A stretch of 64,000 nt of DNA from the NCBI RefSeq assembly GCF_026571515.1, contig NW_026861034.1, positions 1-64,000 of the forward strand. The letters are read 5' to 3'. The position numbers and the translations under genes were made by a program. Source of the DNA: Ruditapes philippinarum. Taxonomy: Eukaryota. Under the pieces are notes generated by a model. It made no database searches. It was not told the DNA's origin and saw only the letters and a program-made list of their open reading frames with translations. This document shows positions 40,803-53,696 of the stretch, piece by piece. How positions within the stretch are numbered: the stretch's first letter is position 1; each line of letters starts with the position of its first letter.

Positions 40803-43376
40803 ATTTAAAGTAACGATGATTTATTTGACAACAACTTTTTGTTGTATGAAATAGGAAACACTGACCCTCTAAGGAACCCAAAAAATGGGGAAAAATGAAA
40901 ATGGGAAAATCTTTATAATAAAATTCCAACAATCTAATGGTTTTTTGTACTCATTCTGAGACAATTATGTCATATTGTCACAATCATTTATCACGTATCA
41001 ATGTTTTGCTTCAGAAATTGATTGTCTTGGTTAAGATATAAATGATTTTTGTCGTTATCATTCTTTAGCCTGAACTTTATTTGACACCATATTCATAAAC
41101 AATGTAATCTTAAGATGAATGTTGTATGAAGTCAATTTCAGGATTATTCTATATCCCAAAGGCTGTTACATCCACGAAGATTAATTATGTAGCAGAGAGA
41201 AGAGGTACAGCATTTCATTCATTCCCCAAAATGTATCAGTCAGTTATTTATAAGTATCTTCTATAAAAGCTTGTATACATGCTATTATAGAATGAAGAAA
41301 TATATGATTGGGCAACTTTAAAGGGAATAAATTGATCTCTCTTGATTTGAAAAATTGTAATTTGACATTACAAATTTAAAACTGAGAATTGTTCAGTCAC
41401 TTGTGATTTACTATTATGAATTATGTTCATACACGGGTTTGATCAATATTACATGTTGCTGAACTGTTTTTATGTTCATTTTATTACCATTCTTGTAAGT
41501 TACGTGTTTTAAATTGGATTATAATCTCGCGGATGAGTTTGTGAAAAGTACTAAAAAAAGAAAGTACAATAAAATCCACAATCATGTTTAATAACCTTTA
41601 AGGATAAAATACATCCAAATTTGTTTCCAAAAATTAAAACCACATGCACACCGTTATCAAGCCCTTGGATTATATGCATGTATAATTTTATACATAAATC
41701 ATGGTTTGTTAACAGTTTTTATTGCTTTTCTTTTTCATGTATAATAAACATTTGTTTCTTTGGCATTGTAAACAATATACAATTTACAAAGACTACATTT
41801 GCGGGTTTATCGTCAAAGTCCAGGCACAATCAATCAATTTTGTCGGTTTCGGTGTTATTTAGTGGACAGGTGATTTTGTTTGTTTGTTGCTGTTTTTTTG
41901 GGTGATCCATCTTTCTTCTATTTCATTAACTGTACAGATTACTTTGATGTAAATTTTCTAGAAAAATAAAATTAACTATATCTTACATTACAATAAATGA
42001 TCTTTTGTGACTTTCGTGTAATCTAAGTATAATAAATGCATCAGTATGATTTGACTCATTGTAAAAAAGCATACGATGGTTAAGCGTTGTTACTTTTACT
42101 TTTTCGTAAAGAACACCAGAAAGAGAAGAAAAAAAGTACTTCAGAAATAGAAATATAAGTATTTCTGGGGCTTAAAACAACAAAATCAAATTAAACAACG
42201 CATTAAATTTTCCTTTAAACCGGATTAATCTTTCAGAATTGGATTTAGAAGGCAAGGAACAATGCAAAAGTTATAATGCAATTTTCATTTTATTTTTTTC
42301 ATTGAATGACAAGAGGATAATTCAATCCAACAAATCATTTAACGTACTATACTTTACTCTGAAAATTAATAAAGAGTTAATAATGGAGTGAAAAGTTTGT
42401 TCAAAGATACTTTGATTTCTTTAAAATAATTGGAATCGTTTGAGCGTTAAAACACAAAATGAAAGTACTTATTCCTCAAAAGTAAGGTCAATATTCTGCA
42501 GCACGAATACCAATTAGTTCCGGGTTTTTCACGTCTGATGTGAACTGACAACCATAAAATTCCACTGAAAAGGTAAGAGCGGTATGCCTTTGTGAATTAT
42601 TTTGATTGATGCCGAAAATAAATACATCTTTAATACAACCGAGTACGTCGAATAGAATTGTGAAATCATCTGACTTCTAATATTTTTGCATTTATGAGTT
42701 TAATTAAAGATAAAAATACATCCGCACCCACAAACACAATAAAAAAGTAAAATATATATTGAATCAGAATCCCTTTCAAAAAGAATAGAGAATAAAGAAT
42801 TACTGATGTTTGCTCATTTTAAATGAAATATTTGAATTATCGCAATGAAAAAAGACATTATGATATAGCTATAGTCTGGTACAATTATCAATATTTGTTT
42901 CCCGATAGTCATTGTAGATTATAACTAAAACATTATTTTCCTTTTTTGGGAGGTTATTTTATTTAAAACAAACACGAAGCTACATTTTTATGTTGTTTAC
43001 TCTTTAATTACAAAGTATTTATTCGCAATGACAAGTTAGACCATTTTGAAAATGTTTCTGATAATTTAACAGCATGGTATACTTGTGAGTTTTGTTACAT
43101 TTTGTTAACCTAATTTATTGATCAGTTGTAATTTTATGATATCCATGAATACATTTACATACAAATACCCTACTGGGAGCTTTGTAACAATTCCTTTCCG
43201 ACGTAATCACTTCTGAAGTGATACGAAAACTCTTCTTCCGCTTACAAATACATTCATTATCATAAAAAGAAGGAACAAATTTCGTTCAATGCTGTATACT
43301 ATTAGTAAAAAATAACAAACGAAAAAAACCAAAAAAAAAAAAAAAAAAAAACAACAACAACAGAAAGTCTTACGTT

Positions 43377-43741
43377 GTGGCGCGATAGCCCAGTTGGTTA
43401 GACCACTGACTGTCACTCCTGAGGTTCCGGGTTTGATCCTGGGTAACACCCTTGGGATATTTCAGAAACGCTTTCAGCGTTTCCCGCCTAACAAGAGGTT
43501 TACTGGTATGAAACCCAGGTAATCCTCGCATGTATCAGTGCTATACACTGGGCATGTAAAAGAACCAAGGAATATATTAAATAAGAGCTAGGGAATGGTT
43601 CCCGGATTTCCTTGTATCTCATAGCTGTCTCTAGAGTCTGCTGAGGTAAGGACCCTACTGGAAATAAGTGCTTGCACATTTGTTGTTTATTCTTGACCAC
43701 CCGGTCTAAAGAAAATCAATTAATCGATCAATCAATCAATC
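43377..43741 (+). mobile_element. tRNA-derived SINE with a Meta-like central domain and (CAAT)n tail
   Basis: A-box TAGCCCAGTTGG, CTGTCAC anticodon-like loop (Asp), B-box GGTTTGATCC, central AAACCCAGG...GGCATGTAAAAGAACC. TSD TACGTT at 43371-43376 and 43742-43747. Confidence 0.85.
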
Positions 43742-44505
43742 TACGTTAAGGTTGGCTAGAAGCACGGAATTGCAGGCTTGCCATCTGTGATATATAGATG
43801 TTGCAGTATATTATAATTTGTTTTCATATTAACTTAAATATAAGTACAGTTAAGAGCAAAATTATGCGAAGCCTTATTAAATACATCGTCCTCGTTTAAT
43901 AGCCAATATTTAATATTTAAACTACCGTTATTGTTAAATGAAACAGAGACAATATTATTTACGTCTAATTCATGTTACGTTTTTTTGCAGCTTTATCTTA
44001 TTTCCATGCATTAGTAATACACTAACATAATATTAACACCAGAAAAGATTTGCGATTTGTGATTTTTATAACTTTTAATTAACAAAACTTTATTTTGATT
44101 GCAGTGTAGCCTCATGAACAAGACACTTTCCAACCACACAACCTTTAAAGCGAGTCAAAAGTGTATTCTATCCAAATTCACACAGACATAATTCATACAC
44201 GTTTACAATTACGATATTAGCCGTGCATGAAATAAATATAAGTAACACTCGATGCAATATAATAGAAAACAATACTTTGACATAATATTTATAACAACCA
44301 AATGTCCATCTACGCATTTGGAAACGAATTTTGTCCATTTGCCCTTTTGTCTACAAGTGGAACATTTCAATTTTTAAATAGATGTCAAATACCGCAGAAG
44401 AGATGCAATTAAATTAGGCTGTTTTTTGCTACCGAGCGGCGAGTAACTTAATGTATTAATACTTGGAAAGATACTCTTATTTCGCAGATTTCTAGCACGT
44501 TCAAT

Positions 44506-44596
44506 GCAAGGGGGCGTGGGCGATAGTTTGACTTAGCACTACCATGAACAGGCTAAATCAAACCGAGCCTGCAATATTTTTGGATTTGCCGTGTTT
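44506..44596 (-). mobile_element. Divergent relative of family A (subfamily D), structured core only
   Basis: Minus strand reads GCAGGCTCGGTTTGATTTAGCCTGT-TCATG-[different stem]-CACG-CCCCCT. Confidence 0.7.
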
Positions 44597-45099
44597 TTTG
44601 TGTTCATTAGACAATACATGTCCTAAATTTGTTTAAAGTCTTATAAGTATTATGCAATATAAAGTAAATATAGGATCTCACATGTATTGTCATCGAATTA
44701 AAAGAGAAAAAAGTTGCTTTTTGTCCCCAAATATACCATTTTTAATTTCAAATTTATATCTTTATATGCTGCTGACATGGTTTTCATCTTGGCAAGTATC
44801 ATGTCTCTAGATTTAAGCTCAGAATATTCACGTTGGTAGACAATCAATTAACTATAGCCATTGAGGTGTCAGATATGAAATGGAAGGGAAATTAGTGTCA
44901 TGATCCTGTATTGAACATGGTGTTGTATGTACAGATTAAAGTCAGTAGTCCGCGTATTGATAGCGGTGAGAAAGATAGAAGATATAGGAAACAAATACAA
45001 AAGCTTTATAATACTTTATCAAATATATAAATATACATCATTTTACAGAAGGATATGACATCATATGGTTTTCTTGCACATCACACTAGTGTTTCCTTC

Positions 45100-45370
45100 G
45101 TTTCATCCATGCCGGAAAATTTATTTTGCATGCGGCTTTGCCAGATGAGTCGCGTGCTTTAAAATGCATAAAACTAATGAAAAGGCTGGTTTCATTCCGT
45201 CGTAATGATTGAAAATGTTAATTTATACGCTATTGTAATAAAAAAGTAACAAATGAAATGATAGTGATTTAAATAAAATAAATATTTATGAGGTAAAGCA
45301 TTTAGATTATTGTTGAATATGGTTGAATATGCAAAAACGTCATGTTTTGCAGTTCGAATCGGAACAGCAT
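45100..45370. mobile_element. Degraded relative of the 50030-50405 element
   Basis: Shares ccatgccggaaa, ccagatgagtcgcgtgct and gaatatgcaa...gttcg.atcggaa. Confidence 0.65.
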
Positions 45371-47559
45371 TATCAATCCTGAGAGAACATCATGAAAATA
45401 CAGATGAACCCCGATTATTTGAAGTACATGGGACTAAAAATTTACTTCGAATAATCGATGGGTTCGAAATCCGAACATGGCGAAATATGTCCACTAGTCA
45501 ACTTTGAGCCGTATGCTACCGTTTCCAGTAATTGATCGGGGAAAAATACATATTTTATCGGTGTTGGAGACGTTAATAAAAGTTTGCATTTTGTACCAAA
45601 TTGTGCTGCTAAAATTCAGTGACATACTCAGTGTATACATGACAATGATGATATCGCTATTATCTTCAAGCATTTACAGTAAAAGGATCAGCCACGGTGA
45701 TGCAGAATTTTAATACAAGCAATATATATACAAATACATGGTAGTGTTTCGTTTTCAATAATGTCGTTGTTTTAGTCGAAACGATAGAACACAATGTCAA
45801 CAATTAAACAAACTATTTGCTCGTCATATACTTTTCGTTTGCTCTAAGTTGCAAAATGCCTGGTCCAAGTATGTTGATGCAACGGTGCATTTTATTTTAA
45901 ATAACATCTCTTTTCTCACATTTTTGTGTGTGTTTTTTTAATTATCACACATTGCAAACGACACTTGAATCTCCGAAAATCACCAAATACGACAGAATTT
46001 GCGAAAATAATCCTTACTACATTAGACACGCATTAGAAATATGGTGATGAATGCTGCAAAACCAGTCATCAAGTAAATTATTTCTTGAATTGTAAAATTC
46101 TTTTAAAATTTCTAAATTTAAGTACATGTTTCTTAAGATTGTTTTTCTTGAAATATTTTCGCTAATCTAGAAGCATGCAACTGTAAGGGGTTTTGTTTTA
46201 TTAAAATTAACACACACAGACTCACAAAACGCCGAAGTGACAATGAAGTACTCCAAATAGTAACGTTAAAGTTCGCCATTTCGGCAACATGCAAATCGAC
46301 AAATGCTAAATTAGAATAAGTGAAAATAAAACCTAGTAAAAGAGTCAATGTTAAGACTTTGAAGTTGTCGCCTTATATAGCAAAAAATAGGTGTGCACAG
46401 ATTATTGACCATACAAACACTTCTAATTCCTTTAGCATGTTAGAATACGAAATATATTTACTTCTTAAAATGCATTACATTTAACTGAAAACATCATCTT
46501 TAGGTATACCATTCTTCAGAATAACACCATAAAATATATATTTAAAATGATTTATCAACAGGACAACTTTAGATTGTAAAGATTATGAACAACAAATGTT
46601 TGGTTAATCTTTAGAATAAGCTCTACTTACAAAATATAAATAACAGTGTTTCATTAGTAATGAAATACGAAAAAAGGGTAATTTCGTAATGAAAAGATAC
46701 CTCTACTAATTAACTGAAAAAGTTCCCTTAGATGTTCCTACGATAATCGAAGGAATTATTGATAATGTTTATGAATTAAAAATTAGAACATACCAGAGAA
46801 AATATTAAAAAAACAAAAAACAAAAAAACAAAACAAATTTGTCTAAATGCATCAAATAGTATACAAATAATCAGAATATCTTAGTGGTTAAAATAACCAC
46901 TGTCACTGTCAAAACACTTAAAGTAATTTCTTCTTACACGGATCAAATGAAAAAAATTAACGAAATTGATTTATTTTTAGGAGTCATGTCTAAGTGAGAC
47001 AATCTATTTCAGACTCAATCAACAATATAATATGTATAATATCAAGCAAACTAAAACAGTGATCACTATCAGATACAAGTAGCGAAATATTGAGAAAAAT
47101 ACAAAAACTGTGCCTTACTTTTCTTTAATCTCAGCTTTGATTACATCATTTAATATTATTTTATATGATTAGTGCTCACTCTTTCGTTCACAAAAATGGG
47201 AGGGACAGAATAGAATTTTGATTTCTAACAATAAAATTCTGTGTATAATATTGCTCGATAATTTTTATCTTTGTGTTCTCCATGTGTTGTGAAATATATG
47301 ATTGCCGATAATTGTTTCAAAACACTTTTCTTTTCATATCATATCATATAGTTACGTAAAATGACCAAAAAGACATATATCATATGAAAGTGTTCAGAGT
47401 TTAAAGAAGTTTGCTTATAGATAATTTTTTTTGGACAAAGATTTTATAAACCATTGTATATATATCGAAAGTATATGAGTTGTATTATTCTAAAAATTAC
47501 ATATTATACACTCATTTTTCTACCTATGCATATCCTGTTGTTGTTGTTGTTTTATATTT

Positions 47560-47666
47560 CAGAAGGCCACATTGGAAATAAGATATATATGATTGTTATT
47601 GTATGTTCTTAATGTGTAACCTTCTTTAAATAAAGATATTATTATTATTATTATTATTATTATTAT
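47560..47666 (+). mobile_element. 3' end of a LINE/SINE with (ATT)n tail
   Basis: GAAGG.CACATT..AATGTG..CCTTC stem and AATAAA, followed by (ATT)n. Confidence 0.55.
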
Positions 47667-48281
47667 CACGGTTTAAGACTTCAATAATTACAGTCATGGA
47701 TTTATCAGGTATGTTATTATGAGCATTAGGAGATTATTCGTAATTATAATAACATGTGTTTCAGACATGCCAGTTACGTAAAAGATCCTGTAACACATTT
47801 TTTTCATGGATTTATTTCATAAATATGATGCTCAAATTAAGATTTGTCAATATTGTAAGTTCCAATAAGCATTATTTATAAAGATATTTCCCAATTTAAT
47901 ATTTCATGTAAATAAAGGGAGGTAATTAGAAATCTATTTTCTGTAAATTCTAAGTCAAATTTTCCAATAAGAAATGAATGCATGTAATTTATTGATTAAA
48001 TATAATATGCACATATATTTGCAGTACACATTTTACATATTCTTTGATGTTTGAAAATTGTTTTATTTGCATAATTATATACATATATAACTTTTTGCGT
48101 GTGTGTTCAGCTTAAATTATTTAATGAACAGTATGTTAAGATTATTGCATACGCTCTCGAAAACATTCAAAAGGTGCCCGGACAGCATCATACCTCACGT
48201 AATTTAGTCTTTTCAAGAATGTTGTAGCCTATCTCGGTTACCGTGTCTGTTGACATCACCTGTTGCCGGTAAACAGTTCGT

Positions 48282-49200
48282 TTTATTACCCCTCACTTTT
48301 TTCGTAATGTTAATTTCCCATAGGCCTCTGGGAGTTATTCTTACTGTTAATGCAAGTGTACCACGTGACTACGAATTATGTACTGTTACATAGGTAACAG
48401 TATTTTTTAACAGTATAAAATCTGGTCACGTGGTCTATTTTCTAAATAAAATGAAATCAAATGGCCGCCATTTTTTTTCTCGATTCATTCTTATTTTCGA
48501 CGATAGGGCATCGCCGAAGTAACTATTACTCTGATAAAATTTAGTTCTTTGCACCCTAGAGTCCCTTTCGCGTATTAAATATCTTTTTGTTGAATAGTCA
48601 ACCGGAAACATCCGTTTTCAACGGAAGTAATTGTAATGTAAATAATTTTGTGTCAAACTGGAACATACAGACAATTAAATCATGCAACAAAGGATAATTC
48701 AACAATTTTAACCAGTGAAACGTTACAGATAGAGTTGGTGGACAGACATCTGTAGGATATCATCGTTATTTTCTAAATGCACTTTGTCAAAAACCATGCG
48801 ATGCAGAAGGATCAGATTTCACAGATCATAACCTTATAAATGGGTTAGTGTTTTGTTTTCTGAATAAAACACAGCTTATTTTATGTTTATGACTGGTAGA
48901 TATCATCACTTGCCTAAAGAATAAAAGAAAAACAGCTTCTCAAGTAGGCCTACAGTGCACTTAAACTTTCAAGGTAAGGACAGTTTAGTTATTGCTTCTC
49001 TTGGCTTTTTTTTGTTACAGTTAGATTTAGTTGACAAATGCAGATCATCACAGTATTTGTTCGGGGTAATAAAATAAATAACACATGGGTTTGTGGGTAA
49101 CAGTAAAAATATCATCCCTCGTATAAATACTGTTAGTATTTTCCTCGGGATGATATTTTTACTGTTACCCACAAACCCATGTGTTATTTATATACTATTA
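48282..49200 (-). mobile_element. Palindrome-bearing (Crypton-like) non-autonomous element
   Basis: Hairpin ~49079-49185 with its centre deleted. Both ends match 58910-59220 in reverse orientation. Confidence 0.65.
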
Positions 49201-50029
49201 CTATCAGTGGGATAATATATTTATACATTGTTGTGCCTTCCTTCAGATAACGATTCTTAAAGGGGATTATAGTTTCGTTGTTGTTCTGTTTCATTTACAC
49301 ATCAATGACACTAAGTCTGATATATTTTTTATTATTCAAATTCCTCTTTTCTATGTTATTATATTAATTTTATGTCTGTTCTAATGCGATTTAAATCCGT
49401 AACTTATATCCGTAACTCGTACTTAATATAACTGGTTTGAATACACATAAGGTAACTAGGCTAATTTACTAAGTCATAGAAAAATGACCTCAGATATACA
49501 AAAAAGAAACGTAGCAAAGCCGATCTCTGAGCCAAAAGGTATAGACTGGTGTATAAACTTATCTTATAATTTAGTTTTATAATAGGATTTCGAGCGATCA
49601 TAAAAAAGCCATACCAACAAACATGTATGACTTACGTTTACATTTCTTTCTTTTCAATATATCAAACTATCGTTTTAAGAAATACAATCGTGTATTCATT
49701 CATTAAGTGAAAAAGATTACAAGAGAGTTTGTCTGCCGGTAGAATTCTTCCTAAAATGGGGCAAAATGCGGTCTTTGCAACATTCTTGCCATATTGGCTA
49801 ACAATTTGAACTTAGTTTAAATTGCTTTCGTTTCAATGTGTCGGTATATCCTTTATGAAGTTAAATTATTTATAGAACAAAACAAAGCTTGTCCTTGGAT
49901 GAAGTTTGACCACCAAATCTCAAAATCGTTAAATTCTACCTAAGAGAGGGCATCGACGGCCTGTGCGACATTCTGACCATATAGATGATAAATATTTCTT
50001 GCATATCAGACTGGCGTTTCCGTTAGTTT

Positions 50030-50405
50030 TACCCATGCCGGAAATTTCATCTGGCATGGGGGGTTCCAGATGAGTCGCGTGCTGTACAATGGCACGATAA
50101 AGATGACGTCATTTTACCGTTATGAATGATTTTGTAATTCATACGCTGTTGAATGAAAGTAGTTACTGTTGTAATGATATAAATTTTCATTAAAAATAAA
50201 GATAAAGAATTTAAAATATAATGGAATATGGTAGAATATGCAAGAAAAAATATCTGACATATGTTTGCGGTTCGGATCGGAATATCCGTCCCTCGGTCAC
50301 CCGCCCATGGGCGGTAACTCGGCAAGCCTCGTTACCGCCCAATGGGCGGGTCACCTCGGGACGGATATTCCGATCCGAACAGCAAAATATGACAGATATT
50401 ATTAA
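50030..50405 (-). mobile_element. Palindrome-bearing (Crypton-like) non-autonomous element
   Basis: ~70-bp inverted arms (~50249-50400) centred on CTCGGCAAGCCTCG. Confidence 0.65.
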
Positions 50406-51416
50406 TATAGACCGCTGAAAAAGCATTTTGTTCCGACACGTAGGATATTTCATATTGTTTCATTATCTAAACTTGTACATTAAAGAAAAATATCTGCAAT
50501 AAATATTTCTTTTATCATAAATTATCTCATTTTATTTAAAGATCATGTTACACAAGTTTTTATGGTTTTAAATCATAAATATAATGCTCAAATGAAGATT
50601 TATCAATATTGCAAGTTCTAAAAAGCAGTATTTGTAAAGATATTCCCGAATTTACATTTCATGTTAATAAAGGGAGGTAATTAGCAATTAATTTTCTATA
50701 AAGGCTAAGTCAAATTTTTCAATAAGAAATGAATGCATATATTTTAATGACTACATATAATGTGGAAAAATATTTTCAGTACATATTTTACATATTCTTC
50801 GATGTTTGAAAATTGTTTTGGAAGTATAATTATATACATATATAAAATTTCACTAAAGTGTTGTAACAACCTTAATTACAACATACAGGAACTTTAAAAT
50901 ATTTTAACTGACGTTAAATCAGCTTACCTTTTTGTTGTTAAATCAGCTTACCTTAACAAAAAGATATGTAATGTTAACTGATGCAATCGACGATTCGAGG
51001 AGTTTTTTAAGGGGGAAGAGCGAAATGAGAACATATTAATATTATAACACTCAACACGGCATTATAACGGAGTAAGAAAATAATTTCCGTAAAAAGTGTA
51101 TGAACAAACGTATCCAACTGAATAATTTGTTCTTCCCGAATATCTGTTAAATAGTTATCGATTTTCACAATATTCTCCCTTGCCATTATCAATATTTGAT
51201 TGTTTTTGTAAATTGTCACATTTCAAAATATTATCATAGTATTAATATGTAAATGTTTTTGAAGATGGTAGAATTATGAATTTTTGTTATCTTATCTTAA
51301 GCATATTGAAAATAACCCTCAAAATGGCAGCCCAGTGGATGTAACAATTCTTATGATAAAAAGCATTTATGTTGGTACGTAGTAATAGAGAAAAGCAGAA
51401 TCCCTAAAGAAAGCCC

Positions 51417-53696
51417 TGAAGGAGCACATTTGTCTCGGAGCACATTTGTCTCACGAAGTGTGACCGATGTGTTCGTAAACATTCATATTTGCGACAAATT
51501 GGAAATGAGACAGATGTGTTCGACATACAATAGAAAGGGCATTCGAAGCACATTTGTCTCACATTTTTCCATAAAATTCTTAAAAGGTAATAATTATGCC
51601 CGTCCGTTTACCGGCAACCAGCCATTGTTCTGTGTTTTCTGTATTTATAAAACCGTTTTTAGGTCACTTCCGGTCAGTCAAAAACGTCCTGCCTCTGCAT
51701 AGGAGTCATATAATTAAATTAAAGAATATCCCTGTTCTGCATGTCACAATGAAAATTTCTACAAGTGCAGCATCCAGAACCTAAACACATATGCAGCAAG
51801 TCTATTGTTATCGTTATCAATTGTAATACGTTTATTTTCAATGCTTTAAGTTTTATAAATGATTTATGGCACTAGAAATATTCTTAGAAAAAAACAAGGT
51901 AGTATCTACGGTGGCATAAAGGGGACATACAATTTTCTTATTTATTACGTGCGCACACGATAGCTTTTACGTGGTCACGCGATACTATTACGTGCGCCCG
52001 CGATAGCTATGACGTGCGCTCGCGGATATGTATTCCGCATTTGGACACTGACCGGGATCCTCGCAAAGTTCGATGAATAGTTCGATGCCCCGTGTATATG
52101 TCGAACCTACAGCGGTTAGGGACAAGTGTTTTTTTTTTAAATCAATCGGCCACGGAGGCCCTTAAATGATCTATGGAAGAAAATAAGAAGACCATTACAC
52201 ACGTATTTTGTTTTCATCAGAAATATATGTATGTAAAAATCGTCATTTTCCAAGAATTGCGGCTTTCAGATCCGCCATTGAAAAAGCACTTACAACATGT
52301 ATATGAGTTCCTAAAATAATCCGGGTAATGCCATAATTATGGAATATCGGACCACTCAGAATCGTGCGAGACGCGACATTCCGATGAGACACGAAGCGAG
52401 GCACGATATTGTAACACGAGATCTCGCAATGTCGAAGTATCCGGTACCACGAAATTTCAGAAATGAATAAATTTTTACTTCTTTAGATAGAGCAAGTATG
52501 AATTTACTAATATTCAAATAATGATTTCTGAGGAAGTTAGATGCTTGTAATCTAAAGAAATTCGCGATATATATGAAATAATGCGTCATAAAAGTAGCAA
52601 AATGTAAACAATGTAGTATTTTGACTTTAATATAAAATTCTAAATCACTTCAACTGTACAAACTGCAAAAAAGCAGCAGATGAAAAATGCTTTAGGTAAT
52701 TAGCCAACGAGTAACTTTTTGGAGCTATAAAAGTATACCAAAAATTCAAAGCTTTTAAGGAATACAAATAAAAGCATTTCTCAGGCATAATGGGCCTTTA
52801 AGTGATTTTATGAAGACTATAAAGGGAATACTAATTAGCGGTATATGACCTGGAATCAATTTCTTGTCTTGCGTCGAGATGCGAAGCGAGATTTCGGCGA
52901 GATGCGAAACGAGTCGCGATATTGTATCATTCAATATCAACCGAGTACGGTGTTCCGTTTGGACATAAGTAACATTTTTGACTCCTTGAACAGCTATGCG
53001 CACTGGTACAAAGGTGAAATTGAGATGGTACGATGATTAAAACACGATGATGCGATGACACGATAGAGGAAATAATATCGCGTTTTCATCATCATGCCAT
53101 CGCAGTTTCATCATATCGTACCATCGCATTTTCGCAATCGTAACATCGTCTTTCACCATAGTATCATCAGGTTTTCATCATCGAACCTTCGTTGTTTCAC
53201 CATCGTACAATCGTTGTTTCACCATCGTACAGTTGTTGTTTCACGTTCGTACCATTATGTTTTCACCATCGCACCATCGCGTTTTCATCAACGTAACATC
53301 GTGCCACCGCGGTGTCACCATTGTACCATCGTGAACGGGATTTAGAGATATTATGATTATAGTTCACTTTAGGTTTTCATAAAGAAAGCATGAACAAACC
53401 TATTGATCATTACACTTGACATGAGGTAAAACGGTGAATCTCAATTCTTAAAAAAATTTCTGCCGACAAATAATTTCTAAAAAATGACATGAGACAAATG
53501 TGCTTTCTTGTCCCTTAAAGGAACATGAGACAAATGTGCTTTCTTGTCCCTTAAAAATATTGATCGGAGCACATTTGTCACACAAATGAGTTTTTTGGGG
53601 TAGACATTTGAGGTCCCATTTGTCTCGTGTGGGACAAATGCGACTGCATTGGTCTTACGTAAGACAAATGTGCTCCGAGACAAACGTGCTCCTACA
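51417..53696. mobile_element. Non-autonomous TIR element with TG..CA ends, 6-bp TSD and nested MITE fragments
   Basis: TIR TG(A/T)AGGAGCAC.TTTGTCTCGGAGCACATTTGTCT, TSD AAGCCC at 51411-51416 and 53697-53702, and subterminal CACATTTGTC repeats. Confidence 0.85.
52946..53335. mobile_element. IS3EU-like MITE fragment nested in 51417-53696
   Basis: TACGGTGTTCCGTTTGGACA terminus and TTTCACCATCGTAC units, as in 20851-22049. Confidence 0.65.

Larger units (their letters stand above)
47781..50845. repeat. ~310-bp direct repeats at 47781-48090 and 50538-50845
   Basis: aaagatc.tgt...aataaagggaggtaattag...gatgtttgaaaattgtttt...tatatacatatataa occurs at both loci. Confidence 0.85.

Noticed and set aside
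50047-50453. Overlapping ORFs on both strands
   Set aside because: They are a by-product of a GC-rich palindrome.
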